A stretch of DNA of 24,000 nt, from contig CALURG010000075.1 of assembly GCA_944323115.1 (NCBI GenBank), forward strand, positions 1-24,000, read 5' to 3'. The translations under genes and the position numbers were made by a program. The notes under the pieces are model-generated. The model ran no database searches and was not told where the DNA came from. It saw only the letters and a program-made list of their open reading frames with translations. This stretch comes from Candidatus Gastranaerophilales bacterium. GTDB taxonomy: Bacteria; Cyanobacteriota; Vampirovibrionia; Gastranaerophilales; Gastranaerophilaceae. Below, one piece after another: positions 22,186 to 24,000 of this stretch; position 1 is the first letter of the stretch; each line of letters begins with the position of its first letter.

Positions 22186-23367
22186 ATGGATTTAAAAATA
22201 AGACCGATAAAAAATAACGTATTCTACATTGGATCAAAAGACGCAAACAGAAAACTTTTTGACCAGCTAGTACCTCTTCCTCAAGGTACAACTTACAATT
22301 CATACCTTGTTAAAGGAAGTGAAAAAACAGCTATTGTTGATACGGATTATCCCAAAAAACTCGAAGAATACAAGCAAAGACTACAGGAAAATAATATAAC
22401 TCATGTGGATTATATTATTTCAAACCACGCTGAACAGGACCATTCAGGCGGTATTCCGATGCTTTTGGAAATGTTTCCGGACGCAAAAGTTGTTACAAAT
22501 GCAAAAGTAAAAGAAAATGTAATGAATATGCTTCACGTTGACGAAGACAAGTTCATTGTGATAAATGACGGAGATGAACTTTCTCTCGGAGACAAGACGT
22601 TCCAATTTATTCTTGCACCTTTTGTACACTGGCCTGACACAATGTTTTCTTACCTGAAAGAAGACAAAATGCTTTTTACTTGCGATTTCTTGGGTTCACA
22701 TTACACAAAACATGAACTCTTTGCCGATTATACAGACGGACTTGTTGAAGCGGCAAAAAGATACTATGCGGAAATCATAATGCCGTTTAGAAATTTTGCA
22801 AAAAAATATACAGAAAAAGTTAAACAAATGGATGTGGAGATTATTCTCCCGAGTCACGGCCCTGTATATGACAAGCCGCAGTGGATTTTAAATTTATACG
22901 AAGACTGGACTTCCGACAGAGTGGAAAACAAAGTCGTTATACCGTATGTTTCCATGTACGAAAGTACAAAAATGATGGTTGAAAGATTGGCACAAAAACT
23001 CGAACATGCAGATATAAAGGTAAAACTGTTTGATCTTGTTCACTGTGATGAAGGCGAACTGTCAATGGAACTTGTTGATTGTGCAACTGTTGTAATCGGC
23101 TCTTCTATGGTTCTGGCCGGGCCGCACCCGGCAGCGGTTACGGCTGCATACCTTGTTAATGCTTTGCGTCCGAAACTGAGATATTATTCAATTGTCGGTT
23201 CTTTCGGATGGGGCGGAAACCTTGAGGGAACAATTGAAAAAATGTTTACTATAATCAAACCTGAAAAACTTGATTATGTTGTAATCAAAGGACAGCCAAG
23301 AGACGAAGATTATGCAAAAATAGACGTTCTTGCAAACCAAATAATAGAAAAACATAAAAATTTATAA
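22186..23367 (+). CDS. Flavodiiron protein (class A FDP; rubredoxin:oxygen/NO oxidoreductase-like)
   Basis: The metallo-beta-lactamase-like domain carries the di-iron motif HAEQDH (HxExDH). The C-terminal flavodoxin-like domain has VVIPYVSMYESTKMM. The ATG at 22186 lies 9 nt after AAGGAG and directly downstream of rubredoxin. Confidence 0.88.
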   Translation: MDLKIRPIKNNVFYIGSKDANRKLFDQLVPLPQGTTYNSYLVKGSEKTAIVDTDYPKKLEEYKQRLQENNITHVDYIISNHAEQDHSGGIPMLLEMFPDAKVVTNAKVKENVMNMLHVDEDKFIVINDGDELSLGDKTFQFILAPFVHWPDTMFSYLKEDKMLFTCDFLGSHYTKHELFADYTDGLVEAAKRYYAEIIMPFRNFAKKYTEKVKQMDVEIILPSHGPVYDKPQWILNLYEDWTSDRVENKVVIPYVSMYESTKMMVERLAQKLEHADIKVKLFDLVHCDEGELSMELVDCATVVIGSSMVLAGPHPAAVTAAYLVNALRPKLRYYSIVGSFGWGGNLEGTIEKMFTIIKPEKLDYVVIKGQPRDEDYAKIDVLANQIIEKHKNL

Positions 23368-23502
23368 ATTGTAAAAAACTATTTAATAACCTAAAACCCT
23401 AAAAAATACGGGCTATGTTGGCTTGTGCACTTTACAACATGCTATAAATGTAGTAAAATAATGGTAGAAAGGTAAAGTGTTGAAGGGGCAGGTGTAATTA
23501 TT

Positions 23503-23871
23503 GTGTTTATAAAAAGCTTTTCAAATTCATTTTCTACACCGCTTAAGGATTATCAAAAGCAGAGAAATGATTTGATACAAGAAAGATACAATCACATTTA
23601 TAATCACGAAATGGCACACAAAATAGCCGGCGGCTCTTTTGCAGGTTCTATTTCTGTTCAAAAAGATTCAAACGGAATCCCTGTATCTGGCCATGTGCCT
23701 ATTCAAATGCCTATTTTAGATAAGAAAAATCCGAAAAAAACTATCGACCACGCAAAACAAGTAATCAAAGCTGCACTTGCACCTTCCGATCCGTCGTCAC
23801 AGGACTATAAAGTTGCATCTGAAGCTGAAGCAATAAAAGCCAAAGCCGAAAAATTAAATTATATGGCTTAA
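23503..23871 (+). CDS. SprA-related family protein with HExxH motif (putative metalloprotease-like)
   Basis: HEMAHKIAGGSFAGS...IPVSGHV...AKQVIKAALAPSDPSSQDYKVASEAEA matches the pattern I recall for the SprA-related / putative metalloprotease family (AHE.AH.aaGG...I....A.qirrAALAPa.PS.QD..VAa.A). The start is a GTG at 23503 with AGGTG 9 nt upstream. The family name is recalled from memory, not searched. Confidence 0.6.
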   Translation: MFIKSFSNSFSTPLKDYQKQRNDLIQERYNHIYNHEMAHKIAGGSFAGSISVQKDSNGIPVSGHVPIQMPILDKKNPKKTIDHAKQVIKAALAPSDPSSQDYKVASEAEAIKAKAEKLNYMA

Positions 23872-24000
23872 TTTTTTCCTAAAAGTTCAGAAAAAAGTTT
23901 GTAGGCTTTTTTAGGATTGTCGATATTTTGGACTTTCTTTTCCATAGGGCAGAGGTCGGTGCCTGTGCGGTTAATTATGTTGTCAACGATTTTGTCGGCA
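23868..24000 (-). CDS. 3' end of an unidentified CDS that continues beyond the window
   Basis: The minus-strand frame is open from the window edge and reads ...ADKIVDNIINRTGTDLCPMEKKVQNIDNPKKAYKLFSELLGKN*. Its stop (plus tta, 23868-23870) overlaps the convergent SprA-like stop. Too little sequence is present to name the gene. Confidence 0.4.
   Translation of the reverse strand, partial: ADKIVDNIINRTGTDLCPMEKKVQNIDNPKKAYKLFSELLGKN

Noticed and set aside
23388-23406. A telomere-like aacctaaaaccctaaaaaa motif downstream of the FDP gene.
   Set aside because: It is only about two degenerate units in a bacterial AT-rich intergenic region. There is no array.
1-24000. A window-wide scan for CRISPR arrays, transposases, integrases, toxin-antitoxin pairs, restriction-modification genes or other defence-island hallmarks.
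   Set aside because: I found no spaced direct-repeat arrays and no ORFs with such motifs. Apart from the lone SNF2 and the CI-like repressor, the gene content is core metabolism, translation and envelope.

Overview
AT-rich bacterial chromosomal segment, tightly packed and mostly housekeeping. I support 26 protein-coding genes (one is a partial CDS at the 3' edge) and one tRNA-Asp(GTC). I saw no rRNA, CRISPR array, transposase, integrase or other mobile element. On the minus strand, a Cys-rich small ORF, a GerE/LuxR HTH, a HAD phosphatase, lepA, rbgA(ylqF) and rnhB form one close-packed chain. The minus strand also carries a solitary SNF2 helicase, a nitroreductase, a histidine-phosphatase-fold protein and a CaCA antiporter. 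The plus strand carries a secreted protein, a VWA lipoprotein, an XRE-HTH/S24 (CI/LexA-like) repressor, nrnA-like DHH, yihY, an SLH-domain protein, gpmI, a small unknown ORF, an acsD/acsC-like corrinoid iron-sulfur protein pair, hisG, mazG, rubredoxin, a flavodiiron protein and an HExxH SprA-related protein. The rubredoxin is absent from the ORF track. The gene content (CFeSP, rubredoxin plus FDP, nitroreductase, SLH) suggests an anaerobe, but I cannot assign taxonomy from sequence alone. Four items deserve the most follow-up. (1) A CFeSP (AcsD/AcsC-like) pair with an intact Cx2Cx4Cx16C cluster motif has no CODH/ACS or methyltransferase gene in view. It is fused transcriptionally to hisG and preceded by a terminator-like hairpin whose loop holds its start codon. 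(2) A switch-like divergent region has a perfect-consensus promoter back-to-back with the promoter of a CI-like S24 repressor, plus two operator-like palindromes 21 bp apart. (3) A Cys-rich ORF and a LuxR-HTH ORF are separated only by a 1-nt frame offset next to an A5 run. (4) Direct and inverted fragments of tRNA-Asp lie in its own leader. All functional calls rest on motifs I recognised by eye; no searches were run.
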